This document shows, in pieces, positions 12,101-20,599 of a DNA stretch of 64,000 bases. The notes under the pieces are model-generated. The model worked only from the letters and a program-made list of their open reading frames with translations. It ran no database searches and had not been told where the DNA came from. Made by a program: the position numbers and the translations under genes. The stretch's first letter is position 1. Each line of letters opens with the position of its first letter. Source of the DNA: a virus; the IMG/VR virus record IMGVR_UViG_3300025128_000017, positions 1 through 64,000 of that record. One strand, 5' to 3'.

Positions 12101-12747
12101 TATCTCATTTTAGTTCTGATAGTACTCCTAGTGTTACTATTAGTGCAGAAGAAATTGACGATTCCGACCATAGAGCAGATTTAGTTCTTAGCACTAGAAC
12201 AAGTGCTTCTAGTAACGCTACACCTACTGAAAAATTAAGAATTACTTCTGATGGTAGTATAAAATCTTCATTGACTAACCTTAACACTTGTGTGGCGTAT
12301 TTTTGGAATAGAAGTGATATGAACACAAATTCTGCTAATTTAAAGGCAGTATCACATGATGCCGCTTCAAGTCAAAACCATTGGGGATTCATTATGCCTA
12401 AATCGGGAAGAGTAAAATATTTCACATTAAACACTAGAAATCATACAGTAACAAGTTCAAACGTACAAACTTGGAAAATAAATAGAAATAATAATAATGG
12501 TGGAACTACCGGAGTTGACCATTTTGTAATTGATGTAGCGAAAGGTGCAACTCAAGATGATACAGGAGTCAGTGGAGATGCTACAATGGAATTAACGCAA
12601 TCTTCTCATTCAAGTACAATATGGAGAGGGGCAGTAGTTGTTAATTTCTCTTTTAACGCCTTAGATGAAATTAGAATACAAAGAACAAATGCCAACAGTG
12701 TTGACATGGGAGATACTTCGGGTGTGATGTATGTGGAGTTTGATTGA
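6112..12747 (+). CDS. Long modular tail fibre/receptor-binding protein
   Basis: 2211 aa with >=10 'GxVGIGTTSP' repeats; followed by a fibre-chaperone-like gene. Confidence 0.82.
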   Translation: MVTYTPFKALHGAKIEDDGNAEINVERYSGTNLRIQSQASAGRIETTTAHPLWLGANGSGRIEIQSGGLVSIPGALTVSGTFNATLATAAQTNITSVGSLTSLDVNGDTTISGTLSLDGSANELRFYEGSNYVGFEAPALSADQIWVLPAADGSANQALTTDGSGNFQWSSASSIAGAGSNLSLANGTNNRIVTAVDGSNLNGEANLTFNGSTLTVAGDMLVNNNGSIKANGSGSLLLGNTNAGLIKVHGGTGSSIVEGHSNHLVLQTVRDSDDIIFNVNAGGTDSDTTVVEAMRIHGPDANIGIGTTSPEYTLDVQDGSVRILPTISSNAGTAIRIGARGNSNDITLLRIDGEGSGADGAGNSGESDSAKYGFSMKYMGSGSGEGNRYAMFMDNQAGSAIEAMSILQGGNVGIGTTSPSSELEVAGNTTGNVAITIDNDNTAGLGSFMLQEDGTTTGIFQYRGSTNGTLPNTVRVGSNVAGGNLAFTYAGGTTGMYLKGSDGNVGIGTTSPSAPLHIVSSTTSDMLRLEGTDAGSSSAPDLILYRNSSSPAVNDFVGIIDFKGKDDGGNEKYYARMGAKIRDASAGSEYGQLFFMPARNGSTDVSNASLLLDSGFGAVFNEGGQAALDFRVESDTKDKAIFVDSGSNTAAFINDALIVSATLVHINSNNANFDFRVDAEYADNLLRTDGSTGAVGINTAPDSDVSLHVKDYNSQDTVVRIESDENSTDKSPALELYKSSTADVQDPIGRVLFAGKNDGGSKTEYASIVAYIQDETASSEDGSMRFEILKGNSNKEYLRMNSYGVIFNELGADQDFKVESNNNANMFVINGGTDRVGIGTASPSNTLHVESADEKLALFKSTDAGAGIQIDSPDDGYSVVFFSEGGTDKWSLGKLANNSDKFSIYDEVNNAPRLVIASSGYVGIGTTSPTHKLHLSDSSRVDIKFSKDSSEDHYIRKDGDYLRFRGHDDSTILMEMRNNSSSNHVSFPSGKVGIGTNTPSSLLHIHGDMADGKQGILITRNDTSTADTNLLGAIGFDSSDGNIPSKVTEASAGIAAYAAEDHSTGDKGGDLVFFTSPIDQDDDTASLERMRINSEGKIGIGTNDPCDLVHIAGYGRVFTETAGYLDGNIFNSYSWSPMSDLSSPPAGFTINGGTDENSIVYGETPLGSDDYYYARGLLWRFQDSGNSSASGGFLTATPYPKIDVNKSYRMSVWIKRSHLTEGSYYMGMYGMDGPSGANVGIQDVTRRGTLDGAITATGTFTANFSSGSATLTNISINTNLLVTGMSLFDVADGTFDGIPDNTTIQSIDSSSQITMSANATATGTGRGVNYGKTSILLNSGHGLLDGNGSTTRYAVINNVDRISYTDIDNNMLTGIPLTGEYAIGQSHADGAKIMQNETNAYFTSGDLPEVDKWYLVVGYVQGMGDTDYTDRGAVYDGETGNRVGVCGNFQWWSQTTYVKNRVYMYYSDDSPEQIQHAFDPRFEEISGAPQINTLLGGKITTGMTIKNDVSDISPTSGYVSLGEHSGTLEVNTEHGYLRLGAANSSYNHIQGENAKFYFNKPLVIDGGNTSGSAYQISSYSSEDLVLATQDGAENRITIKSDTGNVGIGVTSPAAKLQVLQNNAAWTILAGADLSNPTLTDDTRKFMRLGMPHYDTDEQSFSLITGDTDNGTNKLFIGGGTSVGNAATHIFFNTAADSTTTTGTTRMTIKDSGKVGIGTTSPDGPLHIYHTDNTGVPALKIETDASASPSDCIFRMQESHGSDTYIDFTVNTFGQLEISGGAGTRRPILTADDPDTDTSGVISLNKSHYEWDTQIFGDSSTPVIFVDGTNNRMGVNTGSPASLLHVYGEDPILTLEDTSIGVSALSRTMAGINIISGGMNASSAQYGTAVKFLSHDDQFTTENPKFLAAIAPRATETYDGDTDGGMALDFAVTDNAQGTTNVPLVRMTVDHTGYVGIGTTHPARKLHVQGSANDEVVALFTTVGGTGGSTQGKAHIGLSHFSSDSTPSVTISAEEIDDSDHRADLVLSTRTSASSNATPTEKLRITSDGSIKSSLTNLNTCVAYFWNRSDMNTNSANLKAVSHDAASSQNHWGFIMPKSGRVKYFTLNTRNHTVTSSNVQTWKINRNNNNGGTTGVDHFVIDVAKGATQDDTGVSGDATMELTQSSHSSTIWRGAVVVNFSFNALDEIRIQRTNANSVDMGDTSGVMYVEFD
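7021..11995 (+). repeat. Dispersed GGAATAGG(C/T)ACTACAAGTCC-type repeats (GIGTTSP)
   Basis: Copies near 7021, 7348, 7628, 8620, 8878, 9088, 9407, 10927, 11254, 11974. Confidence 0.85.
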
Positions 12748-12980
12748 TTATGAGTGAAATAACGGCAGAAGAAACGGCTTGGGATATACTAAGAGAAGAT
12801 AGAAATGCACTATTACGTGGCATAGATAAATACCAAGGTGTATTATTTTATGAATCATTAACAGATACACAAAAACAAGAACTGATTACTTATAGACAGG
12901 CACTTTTAGATTTACCTGCGGCATACGATAATCCCGAAGATTGTTATGCTAACATTCCAACAAAACCTTCTTGGGTTTAA
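12744..12980 (+). CDS. Tail fibre assembly chaperone
   Basis: 'LREDRNALL...YRQALLDLP...PTKPSW' pattern typical of Tfa/Phage_tail_APC proteins. Confidence 0.75.
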   Translation: MIMSEITAEETAWDILREDRNALLRGIDKYQGVLFYESLTDTQKQELITYRQALLDLPAAYDNPEDCYANIPTKPSWV

Positions 12981-13616
12981 TTTTTCTTTCTAAGTGCTAA
13001 CCACACAAAGAACTTATTTGATAAAGTCCAAAATGCTTTATCTATTTTGTTCATTAATCGTACCTTCCAATATAACTTCCCAATAATCCCAATTGATGTC
13101 AGTCATGATTCAAATTCCACCTATAAATTATATTGCCAAAAATCATCGACATTGTACCTATAAATAACATCAATGTAAAAACTGAAGAGTCTAAACTTAC
13201 TGGAATATCACTTTCCAAAAATCTCATAGTATGGTCAATGTTCAATTTCATTCATCCCACTCTCCAAATGCTTCTTCCATAAATTCTTTTATCCACTTAC
13301 ATGACCCGTTGTGATGTTTTCTATCTTTCATTCAAAATCCTCTTCTGTTTTGCCAAACCAATTTAGAAATGCTTCTCTCATAGGTTTATTAGTTATCCAA
13401 CCTTTAGGCATGGTGTAAAAATTACACCAACGGTTCTTCTATATTTCCCTTTCTTGCATCATGAGTAAAGGGCGGGGGAACAGTATCAGAGGAGAAAGAA
13501 GTGCCCCTGTTCTACGGCGGGTAATACACGATAATATGCATAGAACGATGTAATAAAAGAAAATATGTTGCAAACTGTTTTTAAAATGTAGAAACCCCCG
13601 ATAACCCTAAGAGGTT

Positions 13617-13793
13617 TTATTTTATAGTTTTTTTGAATATAGAGTCTTCCCAAAGATGACCACATTCTCTACATTTCCAAATGTAAACTCTTGTTCTTTT
13701 TTCATCGTGAAATCTTCCAGAAATCCTGATGGGTATATGTTTGTGGTTACATTTTCTACAAGATACTTTTAATCGCTCAGAAAGTTTTTTCAT
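13617..13793 (-). CDS. 58-aa TFS/TFIIS-C-like zinc ribbon (not in ORF track)
   Basis: Hand translation MKKLSERLKVSCRKCNHKHIPIRISGRFHDEKRTRVYIWKCRECGHLWEDSIFKKTIK; ATG overlaps the thermosome TGA. Confidence 0.6.
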   Translation of the reverse strand: MKKLSERLKVSCRKCNHKHIPIRISGRFHDEKRTRVYIWKCRECGHLWEDSIFKKTIK

Positions 13794-15286
13794 CAATCCA
13801 TGCCTCTTTTTGCAATGATGTCGTCAATTTTTAATATTGCAGTTGTTACCTCGGTTGCACTAAGAATTGCTTGTCTAACCAAATCACATGGTTCAACAAC
13901 ACCATCTTCCAACATATTTGCAATACCACCTTCTTCTACATCAACACCCATATGATAGTCGCCATCTGATATAGCGTGTCTCATGTCAAGAATTACATCT
14001 AATGGGTCGTGTCCTGCGTTTTCCGCTATAGTTGCTGGTAATATTTCTAAAGAATCTGCAAATGCGTTAATAGCCATCTGTGCTCTACCCTCAACGGTAT
14101 TAGACTTCATTCTCAAATGATTAGCCAAAGCCGCATATGTAGACCCTCCACCTGTAACGATTTTTCCTCCATTTAATACTAAAGACACTACACCTAATGC
14201 GTCATCAAAACCACGAGCGACTTCATCAAGAGTTGAACTTGTTGCACCTCTCAAAATTAATGTTGATTGATTAGATTCAACTTTCCCACTAACGAATAAA
14301 TAATTTATTTCATTGAATGTTTTTCTATTAATTAAACCTGAAATTACATTTTCTATATCATCAGGAGTCTGTGCTATACGAGAACCTAATGCTAATCCTA
14401 ATGCTTTCATTGATGATTCAGGCACTCTTCTAACAATTGCTATATTCTGTTTTGCTAAGTAAGCAGCAACGTCATCGGTAACTCCATCCCTGATGAATAC
14501 TACTCCACCATTTGGCAACATATTACCAATTCTTTTTGCTTGTGTGAGTAAATCATCTGTGTCGCTTTTCTTAAATGCGTTGTAACCTTTCATATCTACT
14601 TGCACTGTAACATTTTCTTCTCTCTTTACAGGTTCTAAACCAGTGTTAAGTAATATAACATTAGAAAGATTTTCTTCCTGTACTTCATAAACAAAATCTT
14701 TGTTGACTACAACACCATTGAAGAAATAAGAATCAGATAATGCACCGCCAGCCAATCCAACAACTTTTACTTTGTCTGCACTTCCTGCGACATTGACTGC
14801 TTCAACACATAGTTTAGACACTTGGTCTATTGCTGCTTCTAATGTTTTTCCAGTAACTGAAGTTTTTGCTATTTGTAATATTTCTTGTTCATTTGCTTCA
14901 TAAGATAGTTTGTTATCTAAGAAATCAATAGCCATAGTAGCCGCTTGATTATATCCTTTACATACTAAGTTAGGATGTAATCCTTTTGTGAAAAGATTTT
15001 CTGAATCTGCTAATAATTGACCTGCCAGTATTACAGTAGATGTTGTACCATCGTAACACAATGCTTCTTGTGTTTTAGCAATATCAACCATCATTTTTGC
15101 ACCGGGATGACTAACATCTAATTCTCTTAGTATTGTTGCACCATCATTAGTGATTATTGTATCACCGCCAGCATCAACCATCATTTTATCTCGACCCATT
15201 GGACCAAGTGTACTTTTGACAGTATCTACAATCGTTCTTGCTGCTCTTATATTATTTTGTAAGGGGTTCATTCTCTCATCTTTCAT
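13793..15286 (-). CDS. ths: Group II chaperonin (thermosome-like)
   Basis: 'STLGPMGRDKM', 'ITNDGATIL', 'DGTTS', 'ILRG', 'GGG', 'ENAG', 'GVVEP', 'ILKIDDII'. Confidence 0.95.
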   Translation of the reverse strand: MKDERMNPLQNNIRAARTIVDTVKSTLGPMGRDKMMVDAGGDTIITNDGATILRELDVSHPGAKMMVDIAKTQEALCYDGTTSTVILAGQLLADSENLFTKGLHPNLVCKGYNQAATMAIDFLDNKLSYEANEQEILQIAKTSVTGKTLEAAIDQVSKLCVEAVNVAGSADKVKVVGLAGGALSDSYFFNGVVVNKDFVYEVQEENLSNVILLNTGLEPVKREENVTVQVDMKGYNAFKKSDTDDLLTQAKRIGNMLPNGGVVFIRDGVTDDVAAYLAKQNIAIVRRVPESSMKALGLALGSRIAQTPDDIENVISGLINRKTFNEINYLFVSGKVESNQSTLILRGATSSTLDEVARGFDDALGVVSLVLNGGKIVTGGGSTYAALANHLRMKSNTVEGRAQMAINAFADSLEILPATIAENAGHDPLDVILDMRHAISDGDYHMGVDVEEGGIANMLEDGVVEPCDLVRQAILSATEVTTAILKIDDIIAKRGMD

Positions 15287-15290
15287 TATA

Positions 15291-15896
15291 TCACCATTCT
15301 ACGGGTATTTCGATTATCGCACCTGTATCTAAAGACCTAGATTTTATAATACCATTGTCCTTACCATACATATACAAATCGAATGTTAATTTACTATCTT
15401 TGAGACAGTATTCTGCTACTTCATTATATTTACCATTTCTCCAAGCAGTGGGTGCATCAATACTAGACATACTTTTTTGCATTTCTAAAGTACATCTTGA
15501 AAGTGACTGTAAAGTAGTTTCTACTTTATTACCAATTGCTGCTTTAGCAACTAAATTTTTAGTATCAATGATGTTTTCTGATTTACTCATAACGTCACCT
15601 ATAGCCCAACAATCTAATGACTCTTTGAGTACAGGAAAATCAAATCCCATGATGTTATGTCCTAAAATCTGTCCTCCTTCTTGTATATGTTTTGTAATAT
15701 GGTCTCCTAAAATTTGTGGGTGTAAGGGGTGTATAATCGCTCCTTCTACAGTAATATCTTCTTTACAAAATATATGTGCATTACTACCATCCCATGTTGC
15801 AACTACCGATGTATCAAACATATTTTTATTATTCCACCCACCAATTTCCCAAGAAAAATTTGCTGTTTCTATATCTAATGCCATCACTTTATTCAT
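15291..15896 (-). CDS. DEDDy 3'-5' exonuclease (RNase H-like fold)
   Basis: ExoI 'LDIET', ExoII 'HNIMGFD', ExoIII 'YCLKD'. Confidence 0.85.
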   Translation of the reverse strand: MNKVMALDIETANFSWEIGGWNNKNMFDTSVVATWDGSNAHIFCKEDITVEGAIIHPLHPQILGDHITKHIQEGGQILGHNIMGFDFPVLKESLDCWAIGDVMSKSENIIDTKNLVAKAAIGNKVETTLQSLSRCTLEMQKSMSSIDAPTAWRNGKYNEVAEYCLKDSKLTFDLYMYGKDNGIIKSRSLDTGAIIEIPVEW

Positions 15897-17293
15897 TTGT
15901 CAATCCCTTCTTTGAGCCTAATGAACACTGTACGCCCATCCTTCGCTACATCAAACAAAGATTCGCCCCATTTATCAAAATTGTTGTAAGCACTACCTCT
16001 TGAACAATCATTTTGAGTTTCATAAACTTTGATTACTTTACTCTTCATTTGCCAACCTTCACCCTTGTTGCCTAATTCTATTTTCTCTACTTGTTGAGAT
16101 GCAATGACCCACTTTCCTCTTTGTTGTGCTTTTTGTGCTACCTTTGGTCCTATTTCAACTTCGTCTTCTAACCACAATATCAATGCTTTAAATAAATCAT
16201 ATAATATATCTTTAGCCATGTCAACATGGTCGCCTGTAACTATCCAAGAATCATCCAACATAGCCATGTGTGTAGCAAAGATTACTGTATTATTCTCCAT
16301 AGCAGGTACGAAAGAAGCAACTACTTCTGTAATTGCTGGATTTAAACCTGTGAGCAAATCGTAGTAATCTTCAATCGCATCGTATAATGCAGGGTAAAAA
16401 GTATTATCTTCTGCTGAAAACATATTACTCATACATGACTGAACTAAATCTTCTTGGCTATCTCTATCCATATCATTCCATTCTACAAATGTTGTTTGTG
16501 TTTCTTCCAATACTCTATTTCTTAGTTTCACTTCTAAACTTTTGAAATAACTTGTTATATCATCATAACTAATTTTCATTTTAGGTTGTATTTTAAATGC
16601 TGATTCACTTCTTGTGTGGCTTACTGCTTTTCTTCTATCTAAATTCCAATGAGACCAATATAATAACACTCTTTGAAATATTCCTTTCGTTAATACATAT
16701 TCTTTAACCCCACTAGGTGGATATGTTGTTATCCATAAAGACACTAACGATTCAGTTTCTATACGACCTACTTTAGTATGCTTTACCAATTTATTGTTAT
16801 TACTACCAACAGGGTTACAGGCTGACTGAAGATACAATACGGTCTCTTGGCTGTGTTTGTTAGGGTTAAGTATGATAGAACCTTCATCAAAATTCAATGC
16901 CTTTCTACCCCCAAGCATACCTTCTTTCAATACATCTTCTTTAGTACCGTCTTCATGTTGTATAACATCAAAACCACCTATGAGACCAGCATCAGTTCCA
17001 GTAGTAAATAAGTCAGAAGGTACACCAATGTCGCCCAACACATCACCAATAAACTCCCATGCTATTGATTTACCAGTTCTACTAGATTGTATCCAAAAAG
17101 TATGAACTCTAGGGTCTAAATGACTTGAACCCCATGGTATTCTGATGTAAGGTACAGACACTTGACCTTGAATAAAAAAGAAAGATAACATGCCGGGTAT
17201 ATCATTATCAATTGATGTTTGGTTAAAATGGTCAATGTAACCTGCAAATATTGGAAATTTTTTAACCGCTTGATAGTTTTTCGCTGCTCTCAT
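15893..17293 (-). CDS. MCM-like AAA+ helicase
   Basis: Walker A 'SRTGKS', 'TDAGLIG', Walker B 'LNFDE', Arg finger 'IFQR'; lies in the replication block. Confidence 0.7.
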   Translation of the reverse strand: MRAAKNYQAVKKFPIFAGYIDHFNQTSIDNDIPGMLSFFFIQGQVSVPYIRIPWGSSHLDPRVHTFWIQSSRTGKSIAWEFIGDVLGDIGVPSDLFTTGTDAGLIGGFDVIQHEDGTKEDVLKEGMLGGRKALNFDEGSIILNPNKHSQETVLYLQSACNPVGSNNNKLVKHTKVGRIETESLVSLWITTYPPSGVKEYVLTKGIFQRVLLYWSHWNLDRRKAVSHTRSESAFKIQPKMKISYDDITSYFKSLEVKLRNRVLEETQTTFVEWNDMDRDSQEDLVQSCMSNMFSAEDNTFYPALYDAIEDYYDLLTGLNPAITEVVASFVPAMENNTVIFATHMAMLDDSWIVTGDHVDMAKDILYDLFKALILWLEDEVEIGPKVAQKAQQRGKWVIASQQVEKIELGNKGEGWQMKSKVIKVYETQNDCSRGSAYNNFDKWGESLFDVAKDGRTVFIRLKEGIDK

Positions 17294-17379
17294 AATTTGA
17301 CCTCACAAATAGCAACCTTATAATTATTATGTATAGAAAGAAAAATAGAATAATTAGATACATAATGTTGTTTTATATA

Positions 17380-18081
17380 CTACCGTCTTTTTGTTCTTTC
17401 AATATGAACTGGTTCTTCGCTTGTTAGAACATTCATTATTTTCTGCCTTAGTGCTGGTCCTAAACCTTTTATATGTTTTAATGATTCTTCAAAACACATT
17501 TCTTCAATACTTCCGCATTGTTCTAACATCTTTTCTCCTGTTTCTCTCCCAATACCGGGTATAGCCATTAACATGTCTAACCTTACATCATTTGTACTAA
17601 CTCTTCTTATTGCTCTCGCACCGTGGCTAGATGCAGGTTTATGTAATTTATCATGTAATTTTACAATAAACATAGCCGCTTCTGATTGATTTTCTGTAAA
17701 GAAAACTTGACATTCAAAGTCGCTCATGATTCTCGCAATAGTGCCTAGTAATTCGTTTTGCACTTTACTATACGTCACTTTGTAACCATTACTTTTAGAC
17801 ATAGCAACATGTTTTGCTATTGAGCCGTGTATCAAAAGAAAGAACCTACTGTAATTGGCATCTAAGTTTTCTAGTTGTCTCCATAAGTGCCCACTATGAC
17901 TAGACATAAATAAATCCGATATCGATTTAGCCTCTATGCAAGCCTCACCTAATAGATAATCTCCTACTATCAATGTCTTACGAACTACTGTTAATCCTTC
18001 TTTCTGTGCTCTCCTAATAACGGACTCACACAAACCGCCTCTCTCGTTACTATCAACAAATAAGTCCGGTTTATGTCTCAT
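17380..18081 (-). CDS. ERCC4/XPF-family structure-specific nuclease
   Basis: 'VDSNE', 'GDYLL', 'IEAKSISDL', C-terminal HhH pair ('IPGIG', 'IKGLG'). Confidence 0.9.
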   Translation of the reverse strand: MRHKPDLFVDSNERGGLCESVIRRAQKEGLTVVRKTLIVGDYLLGEACIEAKSISDLFMSSHSGHLWRQLENLDANYSRFFLLIHGSIAKHVAMSKSNGYKVTYSKVQNELLGTIARIMSDFECQVFFTENQSEAAMFIVKLHDKLHKPASSHGARAIRRVSTNDVRLDMLMAIPGIGRETGEKMLEQCGSIEEMCFEESLKHIKGLGPALRQKIMNVLTSEEPVHIERTKRR

Positions 18082-18220
18082 TTTGTACCCTCCTTATTTC
18101 TCTTTTCCACTCTAAATAACATGAACCACATCTCAACGTTTTAGGTTTCCTTGCTCTCCATAAACCTTTAGTGTTATAACTATTAAGTTCAACATGACAA
18201 TCTTCACAATAGTGTATCAT
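18071..18220 (-). CDS. 49-aa zinc-finger protein (not in track)
   Basis: MIHYCEDC...RCGSC; ATGA-coupled to the primase stop. Confidence 0.55.
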   Translation of the reverse strand: MIHYCEDCHVELNSYNTKGLWRARKPKTLRCGSCYLEWKREIRRVQNET

Positions 18221-19311
18221 ATAATGTCCTCCGCAGTACCATCGTAATAATTACAGATACCTGTACACAAACCTTCCATCATTAAAGTTTTACAATTAGA
18301 ATAATTATAGTTACCAAAAACTATACTTTTAACTTGAGTTGTTGTAATATTTCTATCGAAATCAACCCAACCTTGTGCCTCACATATATTTACAATTTTA
18401 TTAGAATGTTCGTGTTTATCTTGTTCTGTTGCGTACTCAGGAGGAAACCAATATCTTAACCTAGCCGCTAAATAATTTGCTAAATGAAATCGTGCCCTAT
18501 GAGTTGGATTACCTTCACCTAATGCTGCTTGAGCAATACAAGGTAGTACTAGAATTTTATCAAGAGATACATCGGGTAAATCTATATTTCTTTTAGTTTT
18601 CGTGAAAGTCACTTTTTGTTTCTCAGGTATCATCAATTCAAATTTAATATCACCGTGTTTGATTGCACCACTTCTAGGTTCTTGTGCTAATTCTATCAAA
18701 TCATCGTGAGATAAATTCATTATTTCATCATGTTTCAATGGTATACTCCAACAACCTCTTTTTGTGTTATATGAATTGGGTATTCTAATCATACCAGCGG
18801 TATCAAATGCAACTGTAGGGTCGTTAGAAGGTAAATCTAATTCTTTATGTAATTTAACTAAATACTTTTTACCTGCATTTTTTATTCTACTGACTTCTAA
18901 TCCAGTGCTTGGTGTCAAAGTTTTATTCAGTGGAATCCAAATATGAAATCCACCCCCTGACATCCAAATATAGTGTTCATAATCATTTAATAAAAAATGC
19001 TGATGTAATCTTTTGACTTGTTCTTGTACAAATGCAAATTCAACTTCACGCCCTTTATTTCTGAAATCTTTACAATCGAAATCTAAGACAAAATGCCTTA
19101 TGATTGGTGTATTATAATCTACTCTGTGATGACGTGGTGCTTGTGTCGCTCTATAACCATAGGCTGTCATATATACATTACCGCTTCCGTTTTTACCTTT
19201 CCAATAGTTTGACAACTGTTTAGAATTATTTACTAATCTTCTAAATCCTTTATCACCATTAGAATCAATGTCTAATACTTCTCTAGGATAATCAAACTCT
19301 ATGAAACCCAT
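18217..19311 (-). CDS. Archaeo-eukaryotic primase, PriS-PriL fusion
   Basis: AEP motifs 'LDFD', 'SGGGFH', 'DTAGMIRIP'; PriL-like C-terminus 'PCI...HRARFHLANYL...CKTL...LCTGIC'. Confidence 0.85.
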   Translation of the reverse strand: MGFIEFDYPREVLDIDSNGDKGFRRLVNNSKQLSNYWKGKNGSGNVYMTAYGYRATQAPRHHRVDYNTPIIRHFVLDFDCKDFRNKGREVEFAFVQEQVKRLHQHFLLNDYEHYIWMSGGGFHIWIPLNKTLTPSTGLEVSRIKNAGKKYLVKLHKELDLPSNDPTVAFDTAGMIRIPNSYNTKRGCWSIPLKHDEIMNLSHDDLIELAQEPRSGAIKHGDIKFELMIPEKQKVTFTKTKRNIDLPDVSLDKILVLPCIAQAALGEGNPTHRARFHLANYLAARLRYWFPPEYATEQDKHEHSNKIVNICEAQGWVDFDRNITTTQVKSIVFGNYNYSNCKTLMMEGLCTGICNYYDGTAEDII

Positions 19312-19315
19312 CTAA

Positions 19316-19666
19316 TCACTTTTGCATTTTTTTGTATTTTAATAAAGCATTCTTTGAGCAATAATCTATACCTTCACTGTGTCCATGTAAATCAAACACT
19401 GCTGGATTAATCACAACATCTAATGCTTGAAACCCGCCATTGACATCGTCTTCAGTAAAAGCATCTAATGTAATTTGTTTACCGTTAAAAACTCTTATCA
19501 AAGGTCTTCTATTGCTACCCTTTTGTGTAAAAGATATATTTATTACAGGTTTTTCATTTTTTGTAAAATATTCATCTTTTTCCATATCGCTCATCATTAT
19601 CATCATTAAATCATTTTTTATTTTCATTTCATTCATAGTTTTATACCCCCGTTCCAAGATGGACAC
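19316..19666 (-). CDS. Hypothetical protein
   Basis: Fills the gap between the Cas4-like and primase genes; start may be slightly downstream. Confidence 0.55.
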   Translation of the reverse strand: MSILERGYKTMNEMKIKNDLMMIMMSDMEKDEYFTKNEKPVINISFTQKGSNRRPLIRVFNGKQITLDAFTEDDVNGGFQALDVVINPAVFDLHGHSEGIDYCSKNALLKYKKMQK

Positions 19667-20598
19667 AAATCCATAAAGTCACACCAAGAACATAAATTCT
19701 CGTGCCTACAATACGACTTACATGTGTCCTTGTGTATTGGTGGAAATTCATTTTTAACATGTGCTTCAACAAGTTTTTTTATTCTATTATTAACTGTTCT
19801 AGGTGCATACTTTGTCTTCCTTGTACCTATTTCTTCTATCTCCCATTCTTTCTTTGTACCGTTTCTTACATCGCCATCAGGAAATTCCCACGCCCAATGT
19901 GTAACAGGTAGAAACTCTTCCATGTGACCTTCTTCTAATAACATTTTATAAAACTGCATTTCTGTACGCATACTTGTTGCTTTCTTTGGATTCCATTTAC
20001 CAGTTTTTAATTCCATAAGCACGAAGCCGCCTTCACTATCTGAAAAGATTCTATCAATGAAACCTTTCAGATGTACTGGATATTTTTTACCATTGACTTC
20101 AACTTCAATTCTAGCATGACCCTCTACTTCATTACCAACAGGCTTCCAATCTTTACCTTTAGTTACCAGTAATCTATCCCATTGCCATCTCAACCAAGTA
20201 TCAATAATTGTATCTTCACCATACATGTAAGGTGATGGTGGTTTTGGTATCACTGTTTTTAGTTTTTCATAACCAAGAAGATGTTTTTCTTCTTCTATTA
20301 ATTTCAATACTTCAGGTAAGACACTATCTACATTTTTCCAAAAGTATTCACAAACATCATGCACGTTTGTTCCTTTTATCATATGTTCAGTTTCTTGTCC
20401 CCTATGACCTAATATTTTAGTAAGATAATATTGATATGGACACCAGTTAAAATCACCAAGACTTGACTTAGTTATTCTAAGGATACCATCATCGTTAGGT
20501 TTCCAAGCATAACTGCTTTCTTCATACGATTTTATCATTTCCACATTAGCGTAATCAGAACTTTTCGTAAAAGATTCACCGTTTGGATTAAACTTCAT
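19633..20598 (-). CDS. Cas4/RecB-like PD-(D/E)xK exonuclease
   Basis: 'CPYQYY', 'GFIDRI', 'ELKTG', 'QFY', C-terminal 'C..C.....C' Fe-S ligands. Confidence 0.88.
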   Translation of the reverse strand: MKFNPNGESFTKSSDYANVEMIKSYEESSYAWKPNDDGILRITKSSLGDFNWCPYQYYLTKILGHRGQETEHMIKGTNVHDVCEYFWKNVDSVLPEVLKLIEEEKHLLGYEKLKTVIPKPPSPYMYGEDTIIDTWLRWQWDRLLVTKGKDWKPVGNEVEGHARIEVEVNGKKYPVHLKGFIDRIFSDSEGGFVLMELKTGKWNPKKATSMRTEMQFYKMLLEEGHMEEFLPVTHWAWEFPDGDVRNGTKKEWEIEEIGTRKTKYAPRTVNNRIKKLVEAHVKNEFPPIHKDTCKSYCRHENLCSWCDFMDLCPSWNGGIKL

Positions 20599-20599
20599 A

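Noticed and set aside
417-12326. Minus-strand ORFs within tail genes, and similar shadow ORFs elsewhere
   Set aside because: Fully nested antisense frames with no RBS or motifs, produced by codon bias.
12744-12800. 'EETAWDILR' as a copy of the shared peptide
   Set aside because: Explained by the fibre-chaperone family's own W..LR..RN motif.
19633-20598. Cas4-like gene as part of a CRISPR-Cas system
   Set aside because: No array or other cas genes; solo Cas4-like nucleases are common in viral replication blocks.
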